Shown here: positions 38,180 to 50,789 of the stretch, piece after piece
Position numbering within the stretch: the first letter of the stretch is position 1
How the letters are laid out: each line of letters starts with the position of its first letter
Source of the DNA: Octopus sinensis
Taxonomy: Eukaryota
Assembly: GCF_006345805.1 (NCBI RefSeq)
Contig: NC_042998.1
Coordinates: 27,466,001-27,530,000, forward strand
Reading direction: 5' to 3'
DNA: 64,000 nucleotides
The notes under the pieces: generated by a model
Database searches by the model: none
The model's input: only the letters and a program-made list of their open reading frames with translations
Told to the model about the DNA's origin: nothing
Translations under genes and position numbers: made by a program

Positions 38180-39131
38180 GCGTGCTTGATGTCAGTACCG
38201 CCTGACTGACCCGTCTGCTGGTGGTACGTGAAACTTACCCACTGCCCTCTTGGAGTGGTTGTCATTATGAAGGGAAACCTGTAGTAGAAATCTTGCCAGA
38301 TCAGACTTGGGCCTAGCGCAGTTCCTAGTTTGCCAGTCCACACTGAAACTGTCCAACCCTTGGCAGTATGGAACTTGGGCATTAGGCTATGATGACGACG
38401 ATGATGATATAATGTATATATGTGTGTATATATGTGTGTGTATTTGCATATATGTATGTATATGTGTACATACATACATATATATATATTCACACGTACA
38501 TGTGTAACTATGTGTGTGTGAAAATATAAGTAATATTTTTAAAAGGATATTTAATTAATTAATTTAATTATCCTAGTTAGTATTAAAGTCATACATCCAA
38601 GTGAAAGAAAGTGTAATTTTAGTTTTCGTTTTTGACGTTGTTTTGGAGTTACCTCCCTTGAGACTATGATCTTGAAAATTAAAAAAAAATAAAAGAAGAA
38701 ACAAAATATTATTTCAGCGATAAAATATCTGACTCACTTGACATGTTTATTGTTTGCTTTTGAGAATGCATCTAGGAATATAAAAATACATTATGATCGT
38801 TATGAAAAAATATTTTCTGAATTGTCTGAAAAAAGATCTGGAAAAAAAATGAAAGTTTTGAAATATAAAGTTGTCTATAATTTATAATCAATGCGTATAA
38901 AATAACGAAAAGGAATGCATTTCATAAAAAAAAAAGCTTATTCAAATAAAAGGAAAAAAAATATTACTCGACACTTTGTAATTATCTTGACTTAGAAATA
39001 GATAAGAAAAACTAATTAACTGCAAAGTTATCGATTTTTCTCCACTCTTCTGATAATTTACAAAATAATATCACCACAAGTATTAAATGTATTTAATAGA
39101 CTTTCATCAGTTAATTAAATTTATATATACA

Positions 39132-39170
<39 letters not shown>

Positions 39171-39709
39171 AATGTGAAATCGATATCAATCGTTGTTTAT
39201 TCTTCCTTGAACGGAATAAAACCATGAGTAGTTCCCCTTAAAACTGTTTTCTTGAATAGCATCAACGTGTGGTGACAGAATGGGAAAAGAAACAACGTTT
39301 GTTTTCTTCGTTATTAAAAAGTTTTAAGGAATAATAAATAACATTGCTTGATTCATGTTAAGAATTCTTTCGTTTAATTGAAAGAAAAATTTGAAAAAAA
39401 AAAATTTCAAAAATTTATGAACTGACCGATTTTTCTCTTCATGTGATTGTTTTTTCTGTTTTTGTGTAATAAATTAATTACTGTCATTAGAATTTTTGTT
39501 TCCTTGCCGATATAGATCACCGAGAAGCATGAGTTTGGATGGATTCTTAAGCGAAAAAATATGTGCTTAGGTATTTTGAGGTGTTAATAAGATAATTTAC
39601 TGGTCTTTAGCAATGAAAAAAAAAAGAAGGAAGTTGACACTTGAGGAAAACTCATGTACATGTTCATACACAGGCACGCACACACACGCATATGAATACA
39701 TACATTATA

Positions 39710-39740
<31 letters not shown>

Positions 39741-39867
39741 ATATGATGTCTGTATATATATATGTATATATGATGTGTGTATATATATATGTATAATGTG
39801 TGTATATATGTATGTATATGTGTGTATATATATATATGCAAATATATATATATGATGTGTGTGTATA

Positions 39868-39906
<39 letters not shown>

Positions 39907-40050
39907 GTTAGGAAGGGCATCCAGCTGTAGAAACATTGCCAGATTAGACTGGAGCCTGGTGCAGCCTTCTGGCTTCCCAGAACCCCGGTCGAACCGTCCA
40001 ACCCATGCTAGCATGGAGAACGGACGTTAAACGATGATGATGATGATGAT
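38180..40050 (+). mobile_element. Two RTE 3' ends (about 38180-38410 old; 39903-40050 young)
   Basis: Terminal motif and (GAT)n tails; the interval between them is not part of the elements. Confidence 0.75.
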
Positions 40051-40928
40051 GATATATATATGTATATATATATATGTATATATATATATAGACGTTAAAC
40101 GATTATATATACATATACATAAACACATATCTTATATTAGAAGATTAAGGAATTTACAATACTCTTAATTTGAACTATTCGGTGTTTCCCTAATCTATTA
40201 TAATTAGCTAGAAAGTTGATTAGAGACAAAAGAAGCAAAGGAAAGTGTTTTAATTACTCATGCAAGGTTTAGTAGAAATATAGAATTGTTTTGCTCAATT
40301 TCCAGTTTACTACAGTACAAATGAAACTGTAAATTTTCTTGTGTGAGAAAAAAAAAAAGATATTATCTCTGTTATGTTTATATATTTATTTTCAATGTCT
40401 TTCTTTTTATTTTTCTCTTTTTAAAGTTTATACTTTAGTCAACTCATAGAAAGTGGAGTTATTAACATTCGCAGGACATCTAAAACTCATGGGTTGCTGA
40501 TAAATATTATTTTAATTGCTCTAAGTAGCCCACAGGGAAATTTCTGGTGTTGCTATTGGGTCCTACTGATTAGGGCAACCTGCTCAGGAGTTAGTGATGG
40601 ATCCAAGCTTCAGATGCACTGTGTGGGAGATTTCTGCTGGATAATCACTTCCACCTGTATTCAGTGTAGTAATTAAACATTAATATAATGTTAAATAGTA
40701 GAGGCACATGTGCTAGTGGCTAGAGCAGTGGACATGCAGTCAAGAGATTGTGGGTTCGAATCTCAGACCGGGTGATGTGTGTATTTATGAGTGAAACACC
40801 TAAGCTCCCCGTGGCGAGAGAGCATGATGAAATGTGTGCTTGTGCTGTATTAGTAATAATTTAGTTTCCCTGCATTAGACAATATTCATATAACCACAGT
40901 ACCAATATTCATATAACCGTTGCGCCAT

Positions 40929-41235
40929 GTGGAGGCACATTGTCTAGTGGTTAGAGCAGCGGCCTCATGGTCGAGGGATCGCGGGTTCGAATCTCAGACC
41001 GGGCGATGTTTGTATTTATGAGTGAAACACCTAAGCTCCCCGTGGCTCTGGCAGAAGGTAATGGCAAACTTCTGCTGACTCTTTCACCACAACATTCTCT
41101 CACTCTTTCCTCCTGCATCTAACTGCTCACCCACGACAGATCGGCATACTGTTCAGGTGAGGTACTTATATGCTAATGAAACTGGGAAATTGGCCCTTAT
41201 GAGCCAGGCATGTTTCGAGAAGGAACAAACAACAA
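40929..41235 (+). mobile_element. SINE-D, full length (partial copy at about 40700-40815)
   Basis: Homologous to 11439-11750. Confidence 0.85.
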
Positions 41236-41254
41236 CATAATATTAAATGCTAAG

Positions 41255-41875
41255 ATGGTGAGCTGGAAGAATCGTTAGCACACTGGCTGAAATGCTTTGT
41301 GGTATTTTGTCTGTCTTTACGCTCTGAGTTCAAATTCCACTGAGGTCTACTTTGCCTTTCATCCTTTTGGGGTCGATAAATTAAGTACCAGTTGTGTACT
41401 GGGGTCGATCTAATTGAGTGGCCTCCTCCCACTAAATTTCAGGCTTTGTGCCTATAGTAGAAAAGAACGGTTAGAGCACCAGGGAGAATGTTTAGCGGCA
41501 TTTTGTGTGTCTTTATGTTCTCAGTCCAAATTCTGTTGAGGTTGACTTTGCCTTTCATCCTTTCAGAGTCGATAAAACAAAGGACCATTTGAGCATTGTG
41601 GCTATTATAATCAGCTTCCTTCCTCTACTGAACTTGCTGGCCTTGTGCTCAAATTTGAAACCATTATAATATTAAATGCTAAGGTGGTGAACTGGCAAAA
41701 TGCTTGGCGGAATTTTGCTTGTCTTTATGTTCTGAGTTCAAATCCCACCAGAGATGATACTTCCTTTGATCCTTTCAGGGTTGATAAAATAAGTACCAGT
41801 TGAGCATTGGGGGTCAATATAATCAGTTTATCCTTCCCCTGAATTTGCTGGTCTTCTGCTAAAATTTGAAACAAA
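41255..41875 (+). mobile_element. Three adjacent SINE-B copies (tail 2, tail 3, tail 3)
   Basis: Family similarity. Confidence 0.82.
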
Positions 41876-42004
41876 TGTTATATTCAAGAGTGTATTGATA
41901 AATACTGATACTTAAAATAACCTGTATCCACTAGCGTGGCTAGAGTGTGTGCCACTTGGGGTGGCCCTTCCATTTGCTGCCCCTTGACCCCACAAAAAAC
42001 ACAT

Positions 42005-43770
42005 GGTTCAAGGGTCAGTCACACTGCATGGCACCTTGGGCAAGTGTCTTCTACTATAGCCTTGGGCTGACCAAAGCCTTGTGAGTGGATTTGGTAGATG
42101 GAAACTGAAAGAAGCCCATTGTGTGTGTATATATATGTATATATATATATGTTTGTGTGTCTGTGTTTGTCGCCCCAACATTGCTTGACAACTGATGCTG
42201 GCGTGTTTATGTCCCTGTAACTTAGCGGTTCGGCAAAATAATCCTATAGAGTAAGTACTAGGCTTACAAAGAATAAGTCTTGGGGTCGATTTGCTCAACT
42301 AAAAGGCAGTGCTCCATTGTATAATTTAACCAGGCCATGTGTGTGACTTTCTTATTAGCTTAGTATTTACCAAGTCATGTACTGAATATTATATCAGTCA
42401 GTTATGCTATCCTTGTCACTTGTCTCTTTTATAATAGCATTTCATTTTAATATTTTTCAATTCTAGATTCATTAGATTACACAGATCAACTCAACCAACT
42501 ATGGTTCCATCTCATTATTTGATTCTACACGATTTAATTAGCTTTAACATATTAAAAACATGCTAATTAAGCCGTTAAGAGTTAGCATATTATTTCATAA
42601 TTTATCAAATACATCAACACCACCATTGGATGAATTTTCTTGTGAAGAGACAATCTGTTCTGTGAATTGCCATGAGTCAAGCATGGAATCATCTTGAAAT
42701 ATTTTCTTTATATTTTAGTTGCCATAGAAATGGAATGAATTACTGAAAATGATTAAGCATTGAATTATATTTGTACAACAATTTCCTATCAATATTAATG
42801 CTGGCACTGAGAATGGTACTCTGATTCATAATCCAATGGATACAGTCAATGGAATATCTTGTAAATGTCAGCCAATGCTGTGTCTATTCAAATAACTGCA
42901 CAGTTCAGTTAGTTAAACGTTTCAGAGGAAATCAGCCAAACTATTACATTTAATTTGTTTCTGGTTATGTCATCTGTGTAATGTGGCTCCAAGAGAAATT
43001 CTAATCAGAAATACAGCAGCAGCTCAATTGAATGAGGAAAAGGAGAAAAGAAAAATTTACATGCGACACTAGAAAGAGATAATGTCTGAAAAATCCTTAC
43101 CTCTGTTACACTCATTCAGTTGAAATTTGATGCCAATTAATCTGTACCTGGTGCAGTAATTAATAATTAATATAATGTCAAGTACTTTATTTATAGATCC
43201 TGACACTTGAAACAACCTTTGCAGGTGAGTTTAAATGGTTTAATTTTGTAAACCATACTCTACTTGTATTTTATCTTAGCAACACAATAGATGTTGTGTC
43301 TGTTCCCAGCAGCTATGAAGAGATCAAACTAAGAATTGAACTTAGATTCCTCTGCTAAACTGAGCATAAAAAGTAATACTCTTTTACTCTTTTACTTGTT
43401 TCAGTCATTTGACTGCGGCCATGCTGGAGCACCACCTTTAGTCGAGCAAATCGACCCCAGGACTTATTCTTTGCAAGCCCAGTACTTATTCTATCGGTCT
43501 CTTTTTTTGCCGAACCGCTAAGTGACAGGGACGTAAACACACCAGCATCGGTTGTCAAGCAATGCTAAGGGGACAAACACAGACACACAAACACACACAC
43601 ATATATATACATATATACGACAGGCTTCTTTCAGTTCCGTCTACCAAATCCACTCACAGCCCGGGGCTATAGCAGAAGACACTTGCCCAAGATGCCATGC
43701 AGTGGGACTGAACCCGGAACCATGTGGTTGGTTAGCAAGCTACTTACCACACAGCCACTCCTGCGCCTAA
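42005..43770. mobile_element. Inverted SINE-A pair: 42005-42320 (+) and young 43376-43770 (-)
   Basis: Family similarity; about 1 kb of unique sequence lies between them. Confidence 0.85.
43197..43224 (+). CDS. Candidate 28-nt micro-exon (ILTLETTFA in phase 0)
   Basis: tactttatttatag acceptor and consensus CAG|gtgagt donor; no in-frame partner found. Confidence 0.2.
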
Positions 43771-44282
43771 TGTTTAAATAATATTAAATACTCTTTTCTT
43801 TTAAATAATTTTTTACTTAAGGCAGCAACATGTGCTCTCTCATTCATTCACCTAGCAGCTATAATCCCGAGCACAGATAAGTTTGAATGCTTATTTTCAC
43901 TTCTCGACCAATCATACATGTTTTTCTATCTGTTGTTATTTATCTATCTAACTATTTTATCTAATTTCTCCTCTATTAATTCTGCCCGACCAAGTCTCGC
44001 TCTCTCGTCTATATTCAACCTTCGCGTATTCGCGGTGCACCCACCCTGCCCACCCCCACCACCAATACCGGATATCTCTATATTTTTGCTCCATCTATAC
44101 CGGATGTCGCTTCTCCCACCACCATTATAGGTGTCTACTCTTCGAACCCCCCTCCTCAATACGCTATTTCACCATACATTACTCCTCTCTTGATATCCTA
44201 CATTCTACTTGCCTAGAACCTGTCATCGTTTCTCTGAACCACCCCTCCCGACTGGTGCTCCCCTATATTTCTGCACCCCCCC

Positions 44283-44590
44283 ACATAAAAAGCACCATCC
44301 GAACGTGGCCGATGCCAGCACCGCCCCGACTGGCTTCTGTGCAGGTGACACATAAAAAGCACCAACCGACCGTGGCCAATGCCAGACCCCTCTGGCACCT
44401 GTGCAGGTGGCACGTAAAAAGCACCCACTACACTCGCGGAGTGGTTGGCGTTAGGAAGGGCATCCAGCTGTAGAAACACTGCTAGACCAGACTGGAGCCT
44501 GGGGCAGCCCCTGGCTCCCCAGACCCCGGTCGAAACCGTCCAACCCGTGCTAGCGCGGAAAACGGACGTTAAACGATGATGATGATGATG
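44283..44590 (+). mobile_element. Very young RTE 3' end (CpGs intact)
   Basis: Near-perfect units and terminal motif, (GAT)n tail. Confidence 0.9.
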
Positions 44591-44873
44591 AATGATAAAT
44601 AATCAAAGATTTAATCTGATTGCATTTTTTTGAATAATATTAAGTTGTGTTTTCTTTTGTCATAAGAGGGGACTTTGTCGATCATATTTACCTCATTATG
44701 GGGCTGATATAGGTTTTTTTGACACTTGAAATTTGAAGGACAAACTGAATTCCCCTCACCCTTTTTTTGTCTGTCTTGGTTTTCCATGGGTTTCAACGAT
44801 GAGTGTTCAGTTGATGTGATTAACAGAACAGCCTGAAATAAATGTGCAACTGGCTGAGCAGGTACATGTACCC

Positions 44874-45102
44874 TTAACCATTCAGTGTTTAAACCGGCCA
44901 TATCAGGCCAAAATTGTCTTCCTGTTTTATGCTCAAACCAACCAGCTCTGACCTCTCACACCTACCCTACAAAGTCATTCTAAAAATAAACAGGGACATC
45001 ATCAAAATCCCAGAATTACAAGATGCTGTACAATTATTTTTAAAACAATGTGATTAAACAGGCTTTACATTTGACAGAGTAATCTGAATGCTAAAGGGTT
45101 AA
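44874..45102 (-). mobile_element. piggyBac-like MITE, type 2
   Basis: TTAA ends; about 95 percent identical to 13381-13608 in reverse orientation. Confidence 0.88.
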
Positions 45103-45409
45103 TGTAGTTCTCAGGGAGATTCAGTGTGACATAGAATGGGACAAGGCTGGCATTTTGAATTAAAGGTACAACCAATTTTTGCCAGCTGAGTGGAGTGGAG
45201 CAACATAAAATAAAATGCCAGTACATCACTGGGAATAGAACACATGACCTTATGATCATGAGCAGAATACCTTTAACCATTGAGCCATGCAAGTTCAACT
45301 AAATTTCAAAAAAGGTTTTAAAGTCATAACAGTGACAGCTTAAAACAATTAATCAGATTTTCTGTTGTCTCAGGAATCTCTAATGTTTATTTCTTTAGTA
45401 ATACCATCA

Positions 45410-45980
45410 TCATCATCATCATCAATTAATGTCTGTTGTCCATGGGTTGGATGGCTTGACCAGAGCTGGGGAGCTGCACCAGACTCCAGTCTGATTTTTA
45501 AAAATTTCTTTATTGCCCACATGGGGCTAAACATAGAGGGGACAAACAAGGACAGACAAAAGGATTAAGTCGATTACATCGACCCCAGTGTACAACTAGT
45601 ACTTACTTAATCACGGTGGAATTTGGACTCAGAATGTAACAGCAGATAAAATACCTATTTCTTTACTACCCACAAGGGGCTAAATACAGAGGGGACAAAC
45701 AAGGACAGACAAACGGATTAAGTCAATTACATCGACCCCTGTGCGTAACTGGTACTTAATTTATCGACCCCGAAAGGATGAAAGGCAAAGTCGACCTCGG
45801 CGGAATTTGAACTCAGAACGTAACGACAGATGAAATACCGCTAAGCATTTCACCTGGCGTGCTAACGTTTCTGCCAGCTTGCCAACTCCAGTCTAATTTG
45901 GCATGGTTTCTATGACTGGATGCCCTTCTTAATGCCAACCACTTTACAGAGTGTGCTGGGTGCTTTTATGTGGCACCAGT
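45410..45980 (-). mobile_element. RTE 3' end interrupted by a SINE-B dimer (about 45498-45884)
   Basis: 15-bp TSD actccagtct(g/a)attt at 45483-45497 and 45885-45899. Confidence 0.85.
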
Positions 45981-46629
45981 GCTTTTATATCAATATAATT
46001 AGGCTATTATATTAATCTAATTAGACTATTATATTAATTATATTAATATAATATTCGAGCTGGCAGAATAGCAATGATGCTGAGCAAAATTCTTAGCAGC
46101 ATTTTGTCTGAAATTACTTTCTGAGTTCAAATCTTGCTAGAGTCAACTTTGCTTTTCATTCTTCTGGGGTTGTCAAAATAAGTACCAGCACTGTGGGTTG
46201 ATGTAATCAACTTAATCCCTCCTCAAAATTACTGGTCTTGTGGCAAAAATTGAAACCAGTATTAATATAGTCATCTCCCATGTTACAAAAATCTGCTGGA
46301 GCAGAGTTTCTATGGCTGGTTGCTCTTCCTGTTTTGTTTCCCCACCACTTGTTTCCAAGTTAGGTAATAATTTCCTGGTCTCTTGAGCCACAAATCACCT
46401 GGACATATTTTGCAGAGAGCTACAATTGCACAACATGTCAAGACATGTCAGGAAGACTGGACATGCTTCTGCGATGGACAGAAAACAGACAACACCATCA
46501 GCAAGGCCATTGTTTAAAAACCAGTGAGCAAAGAGATGTGAAGATGAGGAAATGGAAAATATGAACTCACTCACACAAACACACACAAAGACAAAAGTTT
46601 TTCAATTGGCTGCTGCTGATAGGAAGTTC

Positions 46630-47030
46630 ATGCTTTTGCTTTGAGCTATCACAGGAGTGGCTGTGTGGTAAGTAGCTTGTTTACCAACCACATGGTTCCG
46701 AGTTCAGTCCAACTGTGTGGCACCTTGGGCAAGTGTTTTCTACCATAGCCTCGGGCTGACCAAAGCCCTGTGAGTGGATTTGGTAGACGGAAACTGAAAG
46801 AAACCCGTCGTATATATGTATATATGTGTGTTTGTGTGTCTGTGTTTGTTCCCCCAACATCGCTTGACAACCGATGCTGGTGTGTTTACGTCCCCGTAAC
46901 TTAGCGGTTCGGCAAAAAGTGACCTATAGAATAAGTACTAGGCTTACAAAGAATAAGTCCCAGGGTCGATTTGCTCGACCAAAGGCGGTGCTCCAGCATG
47001 GCCGCAGTCAAATGACTGAAAGAAGTGAGA
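46630..47030 (+). mobile_element. SINE-A, young
   Basis: Family similarity. Confidence 0.9.
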
Positions 47031-47289
47031 GAGTTATGGTTTTTATTTCTGTTTTGTTGCGAACTTTTAGTACTTTGTTTTTATCATTTCAATTGTTTGT
47101 TTCTAATCAATTCATGGGGATTTCATTGTTTTTTTAAATATATTTTTAGTGCTAACCGTATTTGTTATAGTGGTTTTGTTGCATATAAATACTCACACAA
47201 GCATACATGTACACCACATACATATACACATCCATGCATGCACACACACACACACACACATGTATGTCTCTTTGCATGTATGTATATAT

Positions 47290-47520
47290 ATTTCTTTACT
47301 GCCCACAAGGGGCTAAACACAGAGGGGACAAACAAGGACAGACAAAGGGATTAAGTCGATTATATCGACCCCAGTGCGAAACTGGTACTTTATTTATCGA
47401 ACCCGAAAGGATGAAAGGCAAAGTCGACCTCGGCGGAATTTGAACTCAGAACGTAACGACAGACGAAATACCGCTTAACATTTCGCCTGGTGCGCTAACG
47501 TTTCTGCCAGCTCGCCGCCC
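47290..47520 (-). mobile_element. SINE-B (tail 1), young
   Basis: Family similarity. Confidence 0.9.
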
Positions 47521-47650
47521 TGTTTGCATGTATGTATATATGTATGTATATATGATAGGCCTGTTTCAGTTTGTGTCTCGGCCCATGGATATTGTAGAAA
47601 GCCTGAAACTATGTGGTTGGGAAGCAAGCTTCTGAACTACACAGCAATAC

Positions 47651-47695
47651 CTGCATCTCCGGGACCAAAATTCTTAACCCCCTCTGTTTCCTTAC
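47651..47695 (-). CDS. Weak candidate 45-nt exon (GKETEGVKNFGPGDA or VRKQRGLRILVPEMQ)
   Basis: Acceptor cctatttatag, donor CAG|gtattg; the donor overlaps a mutated SINE-A head, so this may be chance or exonisation. Confidence 0.15.
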
Positions 47696-47737
47696 CTATA
47701 AATAGGCACAACATTATAAAACCCTACCACAGTTCTG

Positions 47738-47966
47738 TTAATCCTTTAACCTTTAGCATTTCTTTGTCAAATGATAATGCTTATTAATTTGCATTTTTTA
47801 AAATTAATCTTACATTATCTCATAGCTTTGAGATTTGGATTATGTGATTATTACTTTTAGAATGACATTGTAGGATCGGTGTGAGAGGTTGGATTAGGTC
47901 AGTTTGAACATAACATAGGTAGAATATTTGGGCTAGATTTGGCCAGTTTAAATGCTAAAGTGTTAA
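47738..47966 (+). mobile_element. piggyBac-like MITE, type 2, diverged
   Basis: TTAA ends, internal similarity. Confidence 0.75.
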
Positions 47967-48024
47967 AAGTGATGAGCATGTTGTCACCTTGTTGGGGTTC
48001 TGGGTTGAAATCATTTTGTGAATA

Positions 48025-48300
48025 TATTCGAGCGAGGTCGTTGCCAGTGCCGCTGGACTGGCTCCTGTGCAGGTGGAATGTAAAAAAACACCATTTGAGC
48101 GTGGCCGTTGCCAGTACCGCCTGACTGGCCCTCGTGCCGGTGGCACAAAAGCACCCACTACACTCTCGGAGTGGTTGGCATTAGGAAGGGCATCAAGCTG
48201 TAGAAACTCTGCCAGATCAGATTGGAGCCTGGTGCAGCCATCCGGTTCGCGAGTCCGCAGTCAAATCGTCCAACCCATGCTAGCATGGAAAGCGGACGTT
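48025..48300 (+). mobile_element. RTE 3' end lacking the (GAT)n tail
   Basis: Family similarity. Confidence 0.85.
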
Positions 48301-49394
48301 GATCTTGGAGAGAGTCAGGTTCCAATAAGCTGACTTACCTTAAATATATTGTTCAGAGATACTCTCTGTGTCCCTGTAGATTATGAGTCTGTCCGGAATG
48401 TTTTCCAATTGCATTCACCATGAATAAATTCTTGAAAAGGTAATCTTTTCAGGAACTTGTTCATTCGACCAAAATAATTTTTCTATAATACAGCTCAAAA
48501 TTAAACCAGATACGAAGCTAAGCAAAGTTGTACTCAAACCAGATGTAATCTCTAAAAACGTTTTATCATGGTTGTAATCCATTTTCATAACAACAAACTG
48601 AACCTAAACAGGACAACACTGAAATATATTCCTGTTTGAAATTATTTGATATTTCATAAGCAAATTTTCCTTTTCCAAAATATCCACATTTAGTCTTCAG
48701 TCTCTTTGTTTTGGTCGTACAAATAAAATGATTTCCTTGAAATATTTCGACAGTTTCTACATTGAATTAGTTTTTATGTGACTGTTAGATTTTTCATTGA
48801 CTCACAATAAAACGTTCGACAATATGAGATTGAGAAAAATAAGATTATATATATATATATCTGCGTTCATTCAGAATAATATCCTTATTGTTTTGTTGCT
48901 TAAAAACCTTTCACACTGTGTCTCAATAGTCTGAAGTGATAATTCTGATGTAAATTTCATATACATTTATATATCGATTTGAAATAGAGAATAAAAGAAA
49001 ATTTCTTATTTACTTCATCAATAAAATATTCAGATTGGAATTCAGTGCAGTCTAGAGGATAAAACTGAGAAGATTCACTTAGAAAACGTGGTTCAATGTT
49101 GGCTTTCATCTTTTAAGTGGGTGTTTGTGAGAGGGTAATAAAAATTTAATGAAACACATTATCACATTATGTTGACACAAAGTTAGACTGTATTTAATAT
49201 ATGTTACTATGTGGCTAAAAAATCTTTTGTTTGAATGCTTTTCCATTACAACACATTATTTCTTCTAGTATGCTTGTAACGCAGAGAAATTATCTGTAAA
49301 AGCTCATAGGAAAAACTGTTTTTTTTAAGCTGCTGTTGGCCTGATATTATCAGCTGAGAACCAAGGTTCACGGCTTAGTGTTTCGAATGTTCAG

Positions 49395-49976
49395 CTTTTG
49401 AGTGTGGCCGATGCCTAGTGCCGCCTGACTGGCACCCGTGCAAGTGGCACGTTAAATGCACCATTCAAGCATGGCTGATGCCAGTGTCACCTGACTGGGA
49501 TCTGTGCCAGGGGCATGTAAAAAGCACCATTTGAGTGTTGCCAATCCCAGTGCCACTGTGGATGCTGCCAGTGTTGCTGCCTGATTGGCACCCATGCTGG
49601 TGGCACGTAAAGAAGCACCATTCGAGCGTGGTTGATGCTAGTGCCACCTGATTGGCACCTGTGCTGGTGGCACATAAAATGCACCATTCGAGCACGGCCA
49701 ATGTCAGTGCCGCCTGACCGGCACCCGTGCTAGTGGTGTGTAAAATGCACCATTTGGGTGTGGCCGATGCCAGTGCTGCCTGACTGGTCCCTGTGCCGAT
49801 GGCACGTAAAAGCACCCACTACAATCTCGGAGAAGTTCGCGCCAGGAAGGGCATCCAACTATAGAAACCTTGTCAGATCAGATTGGAGCCCGGTACAGCC
49901 TCCCAGCCTGTCAGTTCTCAGTCAAGCCGTCCAACCCATACCAGCATGGAAAGTGGACGTTAAACGATGATGATGA
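49395..49976 (+). mobile_element. RTE 3' end with about six 66-bp tandem units
   Basis: Units ttcgagcgtggccgatgccagtgccgcctgactggc...gtggcacgtaaaa.gcacca; (GAT)n tail. Confidence 0.88.
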
Positions 49977-50019
49977 GTTCGATTCAGAATAACAATAATG
50001 TTTATTTTATTCTTTTTAC

Positions 50020-50345
50020 TTGTAGTCATTAAACCGTGGCCATGCTGGGGCACCGCCTTGAAGTTGAACAAATTGATATCAAAACTTATTTTATTGGTCT
50101 CTTTTATGTAACCACTAAGTTAAGGGGACATAAACGCACCAACATCGGTTGTCAAACACATACTCAAAGAAACACACATACATACACACACATACATACG
50201 TATGATGGGCTTCTCTCAATTTCTGTCTTCCAAATCCACTCATAAGGCTTTGGCTGACCCAAGGCTATAGTTACAGACACTTGCCCAGCGAGACTGAACC
50301 CGGAACCACGTGGTTAGGAAGCAAGCTTCTTACCACACAGCCACG
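50020..50345 (-). mobile_element. Degenerate SINE-A
   Basis: Family similarity. Confidence 0.75.
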
Positions 50346-50706
50346 CTTCTGCCTAAATATAATTTTATATAATTTTAAACATAATTTCCTGATGTTTACT
50401 GTTGCAGTCAATAATTCCAGATTTTCATTTCCAATATTTCATATTTTTGTTTTGGAAAAGTTTTATTCTAGAAAAGTTTGTTTTGCGAACGCTGTAGACT
50501 TTCTGGCTCTCTCTTCCTATAATCCTAATGGAATTATCCATTATTAGATGTTTGATGAAAAGACGTCCATTATATGGATAACAACAAATACGTTGGGAAG
50601 ATTAATAAAATCAAGGAAAAGTTTTATAAAATACAGCAGAAAATGTGTCAAATGGTAGAAAATTTTGCATAAATTTTATCTTTCTTTTGTTTCACTTAAC
50701 ATTTTA

Positions 50707-50789
<83 letters not shown>

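Noticed and set aside
49395-49820. CRISPR-like palindromic repeat array
   Set aside because: The units are contiguous with no unique spacers, there are no cas genes, and the context is a eukaryotic LINE UTR
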